A stretch of DNA of 64,000 nt, taken from Hyphochytrium catenoides. Taxonomy: Eukaryota; Protista; Hyphochytriomycota. Of this stretch, positions 1 to 14,300 are shown in pieces (position 1 is the first letter of the stretch; the number at the start of each line of letters is the position of its first letter). Where the stretch lies: contig FLMG01003022.1 in assembly GCA_900088475.1 (NCBI GenBank), positions 1 to 64,000 of the forward strand, given 5' to 3'. A model generated the notes under the pieces. The model ran no database searches and was not told the DNA's origin. It saw nothing but the letters and a program-made list of their open reading frames with translations. The translations under genes were made by a program, and so were the position numbers.

Positions 1-2239
1 ATCCCCAGACATGGCTTAAAGCTATAGAAGAGCTGAAGAAAGAAGAATTGGACTTGGGCTCTACGCCGTACGGGGCTGGCCCGGTGATAGATATTAATAG
101 GTGGTAGATTGATATAGTTGAACTTCTCTCTCGTTGAGAAACTTCACTCTTTCAATACTTCTTTTACAATACTGTTTGGGCTTCTGCTCTATAAACGAAC
201 CTTGAATTGTAATTTGGCCCAGGCTTCTCTCACTGCAGTTCCTCAACAACGAGATAGCAGTGGGAATAGTGTAGTCAGCAATTGTTGAAATAATCTTCTT
301 GTCGGATGCCCTCTTGTCATCTTGTAGTCAATTTTGATCGCTGTCTTTATACCTAGACATTATCTTTAATGAGATATCGGGGGAGTTTGAGTCCATCGAT
401 TTGGTGAAGGAAGTCGTTGTTGCTAATATAATAAGTCCCAACTTCATTCTCAAAGGGTAGCCCTTGATTCTTCAAGCTTTGGTATAACCTACAAGTAAGG
501 AATACCTTCGGAGCAGTCAACTCCACCATCATCGAATATGATAATCAGAGTGTATGGGGCTATTATTTTGGAGATATTTGGCAGCCCGAAGGACGATCTC
601 AATTCAAACCATGTGAAGAACGAAATTTTTTTTTGTCGTAATCTGTGAGCGAGAGGGTATGACGCGTCACGGAAGGGCAGGGTTGTTCGTGTGCTTCTTC
701 ATTGCTCAACAGGACGTTATCGTTGTTCAGCACTGTGACGTACATTGGGAATGAACAAGTCGGAGACTCAGTCTGGACTACCCTCCTTTGCTGCTATGCT
801 AGCCTTCATAAAGCCATTACCTACTACTTCGTTCGTCTCTTCCTTCTTCCACGACGCGCTAGGTTGTCACATTGGGGTCCTCCTCCTACAAGTACTACTA
901 TTCTATCTACTACCCACCTGCTGGCTTCGTCTGGGTCGACTGACAACAATAACAAACGAGAAAAGGGGACCGCCATCACTGACATTCAGATGATGATCTA
1001 GGTCTGTGGGGGAATTGGGCGCTACCTGTCGTTGCATGTACGACTATAATGAAACGAGACGACGTGAGGATTAGGCACTATTCCTTGCGCTAGAAAGCAG
1101 CGATCGTGAGGATCGCCTGGACGAGCTTATCTCTGGGATCTGCCTCCTTCTATCTTACTCCGCCAAATCCAGTAATATCTTCATCACCAAGCCCCTCTTT
1201 GGTGGTATCTGTTGTTCATCTAGCTTGAGTTCTGGAGAATGATGATGGTGGAAGGTCCAGACATTGATGTTGTTTTCTCGCTTTTTGTTCTTCAAAAGAT
1301 GTTGTGTCCACGCTTCAGATATCACCAGTGTAGCAAGCAGAGACGCACGCACGACAGACTATGTAGCTTACCATGAAAGAGATTACTACTGCGGATGTTA
1401 CGTCACGCACATCATCATGCAAATGAGTTAAGGAGTATTATATCAAAGAACGTCCTACTGCTAATGAAGAACCTCCTTCTCCTAATGAAGAACTATAATA
1501 AGCTCCTCCATGCTGTTCACCCTCCTCCTCGTCCTCATGATAATGGCTCATTTGCATCAATCATACTCTGCTAATAGGCAGAAGACGGGGCCCCATATAT
1601 CGAGAGAGACGGTTCTCCTCACATCTGCCGTCATTATTAGGTTTCCAAACAAGCAAGTCTACTGGTGGTGCTATTATTCATCTTCTACAAAGTTATGTGG
1701 AACAAGAGCAGCCACGATCCCCGATAACATTCTTGTTCGCTATTACGAGATCATCAACTACTGCCACAGGAATAGATAGTAGACCGCCGCATCACCACCA
1801 CCTAAGAAGGGAGAGCCTGACAACTCCCTGAAAGCCTTCTTCTTTTGCTCTGATTGCAAGAAAGGGGAGCGCCATCATCAACAATGAGGATGATAATGGG
1901 GAGGAGAAGCAATCCAGCCAGGTGGTTCACATAAGCATCAAGCGTCTCCTCAACTCCAACAACTGACCCGTCAACAGTCCAAGATTTAGAAAACTTTCAG
2001 GTCTAGGAGGGCGTTGTGTCTACATTTTGGCATAAGACGTATAGAAACAAGGGGTATTGGTGAACAGGAGTTTATTGAACTATTTATCGTAGCAGGCGAA
2101 ACAAGCATCAAAAGCCAGAAATACTCAAAGGTGTAGAGCCATCTGAAAACTATGGCTTCGAGAAAAGATGATGACATCTGTAGGTATTATATTAGCTTGC
2201 TTCGCGTACCGTCCATATGAAGTAGAGCGTCAGCAGTGC

Positions 2240-3720
2240 AGTGATTGGTGGTGCAAGAGGAACATCGTCACCGAGAGCAACACGATTTCTGCGTGGGTCC
2301 ACGCCAGGAACGAATGAATGCAAAAAGCTGACGTGGCCTTTTGGTGTTCGATAATAACGTCAGTCATCATCATGACGTGTGTGCGGACAACAATAATACT
2401 TGGTAGCCTCTAATCATGTATGCCCCGTTCATCTTCGCCGGGTCCGGAAGGGGATGACCCGATTGATCATTTTCGGTTGGGATAATACCATGCACGGGGA
2501 TATCGTGGTGGAAGCGGGTACGAGTACCCGTTTACTTCATTTTTTGTCTGCGACAAGATTCAGCGGGGAGGCGACTGGAAGACCTACTGGACCTTGTTTA
2601 GTCAACGGAGCGTCCTATTATCTTAGAGGCCGATTGGTCCGAGGACCAGACCAACAAGATGTGCTCAAGGATGTTGGGAGGAGGCGGGTAGGGTGCACCA
2701 GCATAAAGTATCACCGAGTTGACCTCATCGTCTTTACCATCTTCTTAAGGTGTCTGTGGCCTGCTGCAATCTTATGATGCGCGTCCATCATCATTTTGTC
2801 CTGGTTAGGCCTAGAGGGAACGACCTCCCGCCTGATGATTAACTCCCATAATAATACCTGGCCTAACGATACTTCTTGCTATTCTGTGGCTTCATTAGTT
2901 AGTAGCCTGATTATTATCTCCGCGGGGACGCAATAATGGTGGTGGATAATAACCTCTGTTGTTGTTTCTTTACGCACTCTATTGGAATGCCTCGGATAGC
3001 TGGTGTGGGGCTCTAGCGGAGAGGAGCTCCACAGGCAATAATAAGTTATGAAGCTGCGATCATAAAAGAGGAGAACATGATGAAAAGCACCTCGTTGATG
3101 GTACGAGAGGAAGATCTGCAAATCTTAGACATCATTACAGAGGAGCGATGATTTTCTCATCGCCCCACAGGAGAAGCACACAGCCTGCCGTTGGCACAAA
3201 GTATCCGTGTCAAGAGAAACTTACTAATGGAAATAAAAGAGATTGTGAGGGTAGTGGTGGGGCAACCGCTGGGAGGAGGAGGAGGCTGGTGGTGTTTGTA
3301 GAAGGACTGCATTTTCATGAAGGCTTACGAAAGCAGCGGAAAAGTGCCCCTTAGAAACAAGACGGGTAGATCGTCGGACACCGAGGTGCTCGGCTGATAG
3401 TTAAACTCCTCCCTTCATTGCCAAAAAGAAGCGAAACGGAGCTCACAAGGCTCGACGAGTCCAGCAGCAGGATGATCGATCGATGGGTGTTGAAGAGAAG
3501 AAGAAGACAGAAGAAGAAGGAGGATGGCAAAAAAGGAAGCTCCTCTACCGCCTTTCTGAACACTTTGGCTCACAAGTGTCATCGTTGTTCCTCCCGAGCT
3601 CTGATGAACCGACGGCCCGTGTCTGCTACAGATAGTACTCTCTGTAAAGGCCTGTAGGAAGGCGAGGAGGGCGAAGGTCGCTTGATGCAAGGAGGAGGAG
3701 TCAGCCAATCTTATTAGCAC
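2240..3720 (-). mobile_element. Heavily decayed Ty3/Gypsy-like LTR retrotransposon pol relic (RNase H-like then integrase-like segments)
   Basis: Minus strand ~2850-2550 reads REVVPSRPNQDKMMMDAHHKIAAGHRHLKKMVKTMRSTR*YF...TSCWSGPRTNRP...GLPVASPLNLVAD, resembling the Gypsy integrase HHCC zinc domain (VP...H...GH...CxxC) and the start of the core. Upstream on the same strand, 3563-3351 reads FNTHRSIILLLDSSSLVSSVSLLFGNEGRSLTISRA, resembling the RNase H 'l.tDAS..g.gavL.Q' motif. The RH-then-IN order is Gypsy-like. Many stops; no LTRs recognised. Confidence 0.5.
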
Positions 3721-3875
3721 TTTGCTCTTTCAATAGCTTTTTACAGAAGAGATTGTTTCGGAAACATTGCGGGTCATGCCTGAAACCTTGGCTAACTAAG
3801 TAAAGGAAGGTGGAGGGAGAACAGGAGGTGAATGTTTCCATTCTGCAACTGAATCCTTCCTCTTTCAGTACCTTG

Positions 3876-4008
3876 CTCTCTCTGTCTCTCCTCCCCTGCT
3901 TCTCTCTCTCTCTCTCTCTCTCGCTCGATCCCCATCTCCCTCTCTCTCTCTCTCCTTCCCCCTTCCCCCTCAGTCATTCCCGCTCTCGCTCTCGCTCTAT
4001 CCCCATCC

Positions 4009-4055
<47 letters not shown>

Positions 4056-4295
4056 GGTACGCTCCCTTCATACACATACAGTCTACAAGAAAGGAAGTGG
4101 AAGTTGGCCTTGGCAATTGGCCCATCACCTTTCTTAGGACGATCGATGTCCGTTGTTCCTCATCAGCTTCCCTTGCAGGCACTCACTACTATGTTGCATG
4201 TAAACGATCTGAGTCTCCCACTCTCTCTCTCTCTATCTTTTCTTTCTTTCTTTCCCTTCTACCTCTCTCTCTTTTTATCTTTCCTTCTCCCTTCT
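3876..4295. repeat. Compound (CT)n / pyrimidine-rich microsatellite upstream of the kinase gene
   Basis: Long (CT)n runs at ~3901-3922, ~3940-3954, ~4009-4052 and ~4222-4234. Confidence 0.95.
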
Positions 4296-4539
4296 TCTAC
4301 CTCGACCAGAGGCGACGACGCTGGACCGGAGCGGTAGCGGGAGACCATCAACAATAAGGTGGCGCGGCAGACACAGGGAGATAGAGCTCATTTGGAGCCG
4401 AAGAGAGAGTAGAGTACCGATGGAGAGCTGAAGGCGTCTTTATCTCTTTTAACTCTCCTTCCTGGGCTTAATCTGGCCTGCTGGTAGACAGCGAGAGGGA
4501 GGGTAAAGTCTCGTCCGTGCTTTGTGATCCCTCTGCAGA

Positions 4540-7238
<2,699 letters not shown>

Positions 7239-7833
7239 TAAAATCCGTGCAGACTCTATGCTTGGTCATATGTACAGTTAAAGCGAATAAAGCTATCAAG
7301 CATTTATAGGGCTTACAATCAGGGTTATAACAAAGGAGCTAGCAAGGTGAGTTAGAGACTTTGCAACAGCGACTTGGGACGTGTAGTCACTGCGCTGACA
7401 CAGTAGCTAGCTACGCTTCCCAATGCGATTGGAAGGGAGGACGTGGACGGATCTTGGAGCAGTGACTTCTAGTAAGGAAAGGGGTGCATTAACGAGGATG
7501 TACGGCATTAGGAGCAGCCATTAAAAGAGACGATAAACGGAGGGACTCGGCCAAAAAGAACCGTCTCTGGGTAGTGGCTATGAGTGACAGCGATACGGTA
7601 TCGCTTCCATCGCTCACAATCTGGCTGCGTCCTTAAACTGGTGCAACCGCCACCTGGCACTAGCGGCAGACGGCCAACCTCGCCAAATTCAGCTCCTTCA
7701 CTGGTCTACTCTCTTATTCTTGGCTCCCCGGCTCTATCATCAGGGAAACAGCCGCCATAGTAAGTTCTCAGCGGCCCAGCTGCCCGGCCGCTTGTTTTCC
7801 CAAAAATCTTCCTATTTGCTCGCTTCCTTCATT

Positions 7834-10240
7834 TCAATCCTCTCCTTCTTCCTTAAGAATCCCATGCAAAATGTCTATCCGGCGGCGCTTCATCTCCTGT
7901 TTCTCTCCTTTCAGCATCACAGCCTCTTTCAGAAGTTCCTTTTCATTCGCTGGAAGCTGAGACTGCAACAATGCCTCTCTTGCTTCAATGCGGGCCACCT
8001 GCTCGTATCTCTCCCTGATGGGTGCCACAGCTTTGGACAGCTTTGGGGAGATATCAACCTTCCTCCTTCCCTGTGAGGAGAAGAGGGACTCTAAAGTGAG
8101 TAACTGGGTTTGCAAAAGGTCTAAGGGTATCTCTGGATGAAGCCAGAAGAACCGCTGAGAATCTGCGTCCATTTCAAGGAGAGGCAGTGAAGGGAGGAGG
8201 TATTGGTCTTGTGATAAGCCGTGATCAGCTAGGGTTGACGAGAGAAAGTGAAGAGCAGCTTCCACGTAATCATGTCTCTCTAAATGCACTGATATGTGTC
8301 CTTGACAAGGGAGAGCGCCAGCTCGTTTGCGGAGAAAGAGACAGAGTTCTGATGAAGAGAGACCTGCAGAGGGAAAGAGAACGAGAATTGAGACCAGATC
8401 TGTTGCTACGAGCCCTGGAGGGGTAGAGTGAAGGTGGAGAGTGGGGGCCAAGAGACGGGGAGCGCGAGCAGCAAAGAAGGCAGAGGAAATAAACTCTGAC
8501 AAAGAAAAGGTAGAAAGATGAGTAGGAGGTTAGGGTGAGACTTCTTAGACTCTGTGATAGGAAGTGTTAGAAGGTATGGAGAAATGAACCTCTCATCACC
8601 TTTCTTGTTGTCGTACTCCGCCGAGGCAAAGCACTCAGCGATCCCTAGAAAGAGAGAGCTTTGGGGATTCCTGAGATGCGAGGGCACTTGGGAGCACTGG
8701 TCCAGCATCGGTAAGTGGTCTGAGCTATCAATCCTCAACTCCGCCACCTCGCTTTTTAAAATCCCTTCCAAGCTTTCTCCCGCAGCTCCTTCTTGTCCAA
8801 AAAGCATCGAGTAGTGCACTTCTATAGCTTTTCTAACATTTCGATAGTAATTTTCTAGCTTCAACAAGTATCGCCGCCTCTGCCTCCGTACAAGGCTTTC
8901 TTTCGCGAGGGTGGCTTCGCTGGTGAGGTGTCCAGCCTTAAGCTCGTTTAAAAACTGGTCAAGAGGATTGCCAAAGTTGAAATTATCTCCAGCGAAGAGT
9001 TTTTGTAGGTTTTCTTCCACAGCTTCTACAGAGACAAGGAAGTGAGAAAGGGTCATAGGTGTGGCGCGAACGACTCCGCAGGTTATGGTTTGGGAGTGCT
9101 GAGGAGTGACTGTGGCAGGAGTGAAGTAAGTGGACGTAATGGGATTGTTCTAATGTCTACTCAGTTGCTGGAGGCTTAAACACCCGCCAAGACCAGGAGC
9201 CCCACGAGAAGAGGCAGATGAGGAAGAAGGAGCAGATGCTACTAACAAACTAGAAACCACATGAGGCTCGCGCAGGGTCTTAATGAAGTGGCGCGACAAA
9301 CGCAATAGAGGGAAAGAAGGGAACTACTGACGGGATGTGTGAGGCTCTGGCAGGAATTGGAGCAATCCTTCTCTCTGCGACTCTGTGAGAGCACTTCTCC
9401 AGGTCTCCAAAGACAGAGTTCCAACTAATGAGGTTACCCTCTCGAGGCCTAGGAATAAGTAACAGGTTACAGGTCAACACCTCTCTGAGCACCGCATTAG
9501 CCAACGCAGACGATGACCAGCGAATGAAAGAGGAGTAGCAACCTCCAAAGGGGAAGAGAAAAAGTTCATCCATGGGCCAGTAGAGGCCGAGCTAGTACGG
9601 TTAACCAAAGAGTGCACTCCGACCTGGTTACCTACCAATACCGTGAGGCAGGCTCTCCCTAGTGCCGTCATCTAGACAAATATCGCCTAGGATCTCTGAG
9701 AGAAAGGAATTTTGATAGGTTAGAGGCGGAGCAGCCGAGCACGAAGACTAAGAGTAAGCCAAATAGAGAGAGAAAGAGGACCAGGTTGCGAATGAGGTGG
9801 CTCCAGGCGCATAAAGAAGAGTGAGGGCTAGGGTAGATAGACTCGTTACTCCGCAAAAGAGATAGATTAGCCATATTATGAGACATCCAGCAGGTCTTTC
9901 GGCCGAGAAATATCTCACCTTTCGTACTTCTTCGTTTTGCGATCTGGCTCACTGAAAGGGAAATAGGACAGAAGCCGCCTAGCGTCAGAGAGCATTCCTA
10001 TTTACTCTAAAAACTACAAGCTATTTACTCTAAAAACTACAAGCTGCCCAAGAGTTTACCTAGGTACTCGTCTCCTCCTTCAAGATGACCCAGAAGGTCG
10101 ACAGTGCCATGACTCGTAGTGTCCTGACCATTCAGGAGAGCTGATCGTGGAATGAATCCCTCCTCAGACGCACTAGAATCTGAGCTAGCTAGAGACTCAT
10201 CATCTGAAAGAGCCTCCATGCTGCTCTCCTGAGCGTCCAT
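7834..10240 (-). CDS. Hypothetical multi-exon protein (acidic/Ser-rich N-terminus, helical C-terminal half)
   Basis: ATG at 10240 (MDAQESSMEALSDDES...), short GT-AG-bounded exons, and two long terminal exons within ORFs 8406-9056 and 7834-8502 ending ...ILKEEGED*. No family recognised; internal exon boundaries are uncertain. Confidence 0.7.
9998..10045. repeat. Perfect 23-bp tandem duplication (ctatttactctaaaaactacaag x2) in intron 1 of the unknown gene
   Basis: 9998-10020 is identical to 10021-10043. Confidence 0.95.
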
Positions 10241-10328
10241 ACTACCGCAAAATTAATGCCCGCCCCAAAGCCAACTGCGGCTGCGCGGCGCCGCTCTACG
10301 TTCAACTCCACCGAGGCCTTACAGAGAA

Positions 10329-10401
10329 NNNNNNNNNNNNNNNNNNNNNNNNNNNNNNNNNNNNNNNNNNNNNNNNNNNNNNNNNNNNNNNNNNNNNNNN
10401 N
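10329..10401. other. Assembly gap (73 N)
   Basis: Run of N. Confidence 1.
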
Positions 10402-10716
10402 ACAATAGAGCTCAAAATTTGGCTGCTGACATGGCTCCATGATCTCCGTGATCTGCACTTCCGTGCTCTCTCAGGCTCTGCAGATCGCAGAGTCGGCCCC
10501 TCTGTCTTCAGACACCAAACTCTTAAGTACCGAATGTGTGCCGAGCTGACCGAAATACGGTCAGTTTATGCTCCTGCCAACCCCCACTATCCCGAAGCTA
10601 AACAGACGAGCCCAGAAGTGACAAGAAGGTCCGCCTGAACTACTCCAGGAGCAGCCAGAATTGGCGGGAGAAGCGAATTTGCGGTTCCACACCTGGGGCT
10701 TGGCATGCTGGCCACC

Positions 10717-10731
10717 GAGAGAGAGAGAGGA

Positions 10732-10816
<85 letters not shown>

Positions 10817-10892
10817 AGAGATAAAGAGAGAGAAGAGGAGAGAGAGAGACAGAAAGAGAAGAAGAAGAGAGAGAGAGACAGAGAATGAGAGA
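10717..10892. repeat. Compound (GA)n microsatellite in the divergent intergenic region
   Basis: ~175 nt of almost pure purine GA/GAA repeats. Confidence 0.95.
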
Positions 10893-11313
10893 TGAGAAAC
10901 CCGAGGCAAGAACCGACACTACCCGTGTCCTCCAGCTCCGGTATTCCTCGCTCTTACCTTCAGCGCACCGTATCGCAGATGCCGCTGGTGATAGAACTAT
11001 TGGTGCGGCAATGGAGTGGAGTGCACCGAGCAAAGTGCCGGGCAAAGTGTGCTGCTTTCCATCAGAAGCTTCAACATGTTGCTCACTATGAAGCTTTGAT
11101 GTATACAAAAGGAGTGGCTATCATTGGGTGCAAGAAGTAGGAAGCTGGATAAAGAAACAGCAGCAGAGAAAGGCTCTCACTGACGAACCCGTAGACGCTC
11201 GGCCAGCCCGGAGAATCCGCCGTCTCAGGCTCACTGCAGGGCCAGAGATGGCATGACGATTGCAGAGCAGAAAAAGTCCGTCTGAGTATATAGGCTCAGG
11301 GCGTGAGGTAGTC

Positions 11314-14300
11314 ATGGAGGTGGAGGTTCTCGTCAGCTTGCCTTGGCAAGAGTGCGTGCAGGCTTCGATTGGCTATCTTAGAGATGACAGCACGCAGATG
11401 CCAACCATGGTGAAGCTTCTCGAGCGGTAAGCGCACTAAGGAGCCACATCTAAGCTCCTTGAAAGCTAGGTTTTCACTCTACACAGTTTACGGCTGCCAG
11501 TGTTGTCAGCAAACATTCTTACGCGCCTTACTCCGTAGGCTGAGGCTCCAGGTGGATGATACGGAGCAACACTTTCAGGGTCTTCTGCGTATTCTCGCTA
11601 CCCATGGCGTCCGCCATCCCGTCATTACCTCAGAACTCCTTGAGCTTCTCTTCTCCACAACTTTCCCAGCTGTTCTCATTGACATGCTGCCTCAAGTGAG
11701 TACCGACGGCCCTCTCTCCTGCGCATCCTCTGATCACTGTCAGCCTGGTTGAGCAACATCACTTCTCAGTTCATACGCGTCCGTTCTTGCATATATGCCC
11801 AGATTCAATTACCCCAGACATGCGTCTACATGCGAGCCTGTGCATCCCTTCTTTTCATTCTAAACCCTTTTTCTCCCTGTCGCGCTTCCCTCTTCTCCCT
11901 CCGGGATCAACTCAGTTGGTGGGCAGCTCCCCGAAGGAGCTGCAGGAGGTGGTAGACGCCTTCAAGGAGCTCCTCAGTTCGGACCGCCAATTCCTGGTTC
12001 CCATCATTGGTGCACTCTCAGGCTTCAATCTGCCTGACAACCTTAGGAAAGAGGTTCTGGAGCTTTCCAAGGTGAATGTACCTCTATGGCGTTTGTCTGC
12101 TTCTATTCTGTTGCACAGATTTCAGCTCTGACTATTTGACTGTGATGAGGGTTTCTCTAACTATCTATCTCCATATTCTCTCTCTCCACCTCCGGACTCT
12201 TGGCTATATTCTCTATAGACTTATCCATATGTCCTCTCTCTCTCATCTGAGGGTTGAATTAATGAAGTGTGCTTGGATCTCTAATTAGCGAGCTTGCCCT
12301 TCTCCTTCCCTGCTTCAGGCTTCCCTTCGTATCGTTGACGAGTCCGACGTCCCGACAGTGATCCGCACGCTCCTCACGAATGTCACCAACCAGACTGCTG
12401 GAGAGGTCCTCTCTGCAATACGGAAAGAGTTCGCTGGCATTTCTCCGTCAACGCATCTAATGATTGTGGAGGTGAGGAAGGGCAAATCCGCTGCTTGGAC
12501 TTGGATTCCTTGAGCTAAATGTCGTTGACTCTAATTCTGTCCCTACCATCTTCTTATCCAGTTCCATTGAGCCTCTTCAGCCATAGTTTTGTCCGAGTCT
12601 TTCAGCTTCCAAGCTCTCCTTCCACGATGACGCACTGCCTCTTCAAAGCCTTCTTAAGTAGCGTTCATCAGGTAATTAGCAGCTGCCTATCGGTGAACCA
12701 ACCTGCGCTCAAGGCTTTCTTTCGCTCCCTATGGAGGGCCAAGTCGCTTCTTCAGCTGGATTTCCTCATACTCTTGCATCTCCTGCTGAGAATAAAGGAC
12801 ATGACGGTACGAGGCTGGGTCTTAAGCTCTCATTCTTTATCCTATCATTTCCTTGCCCTTAATAGACCAGATAGTCTGACGGCGCCAGTTACGAAACATG
12901 TCTTCCCAGTCCGCAGCTCTACCCTCTTCTTGTTGCGCTCAAACTTGTGTCTTTGGAGGTCGCTGGCCACTTCTTGCCTTCGTCAATCGTCCTCTTTCCG
13001 TCTGCAAGTGTTTACGGCTCTGGCGGCGGTTTCGCGCCAAGTCTCTCTCTCTCCTTGCTACTTCTAGTGCATTCGAATTATTTCTTATGCTTTTGCTCAG
13101 TCTGTAGGGAAATGGATTATCCGCTATCTGCAGGCCGGAAGTATTACCTATGAAGTCCTGTCCTCTACCTGCCGACGCCTCGTAGCCCAGGAGTGGGCTG
13201 CCCTACTCGCTCCCTTTCTTCGCGTGTCTCTACAGCTGCTTCCGCTGCTAGTTTGCAGAGTGCGTCTGGAACTCGCTGTGGCTAATAGACTGAAAGAGAC
13301 CGCCAGAGAACTCTTCTATGAGACGTTCCTCTACCACGAGAATGCTAGACAACAGGTCTACTTCTGTGGCTCCTCTTGCTTCCTGCCCTTATGGTCTAAC
13401 AGCCTTGGCCCAATCTTTCCTTTTCCCTAGGTACTGTCCATCCTCTTGTCCAACATCTTTTCAGCTCAGCAGAGGAGAGACAACGAGGCAGCAAAAGATC
13501 TGCCTCAGGACACTTCACTTCGCCCACGACTGGCTTTAGAGGACTCAAAGAGGACAATGTAAGCACCACAGTTAACACTGCTTCTACTCCGTCTAGCACG
13601 GGCATATCTCTAGTCTATTTTAGCCAACGTCTGTGTCTTGCCGTCGACGCTACTGTTGTAGTTCTTATCCCAGTCAGTGAAGTCCCTCTAGCCTTGAACT
13701 TTCCACGGAATCATAACCTGTTAATCCAGCTTGACCCTGACGGGTACTGAATGCTCCTCTTTAACTTGTCAGAATTATTGGAACTGAAGAGTTTGGCCGA
13801 CTAGCTGCAGAAGTCCTGATAGCTATCGCGCGGACTCTTCCTCTGGCCCTCTCTCGCTTCTCGTCCATTCTATTGGACTCACTAGCCGCAGCCATCATGG
13901 GACCTCAATCCCGACAATTCTCCTCCACCTACGCCCAGAGATTATGTAGGGTGGTTGCTGAGCTGTGCAGAGATGAGGAAGCTGGGACCGGAGGAAAGAC
14001 GGACATTACATCTTCTGTGATGATATCTTTGCAGAAGCAACTGTTCGTCCTGTCTGTCCCTGCTACAGGGGCACCTTCTAGCGGAAAACCGACTGACGGT
14101 CAAATTCCTGAACGAAAGCCCAAAGTACGCTGTCTGGGGAGGGAAGCTATCAAGAATGTAGTTAGAAGGACTGTATACAATGAGAGGCTGACACCTCATT
14201 GGACTTAGCTAATCCAGCGATGATTGAGAGAGAGAGAGACTGAGAGGCTTTGGCACTCGAAAACAAAAGAAGGTGAACGAGCAGCAGGGACTGTGCCTGT

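Noticed and set aside
1801-2045. Zinc-finger-like fragments on the plus strand (FFCSDCKK; KTFRSRRALCLHFG)
   Set aside because: Too short, interrupted by stops, and not joinable into a complete C2H2 motif; could be chance.
3792-4357. ORFs rich in SL/ER dipeptides (also 10587-11108 and 20122-20590)
   Set aside because: They are translations of CT/GA microsatellites, not proteins.
7589-7605. Inverted repeat agcgatac-g-gtatcgct between convergent genes
   Set aside because: An 8-bp stem is expected by chance in 64 kb, and there is no other support.
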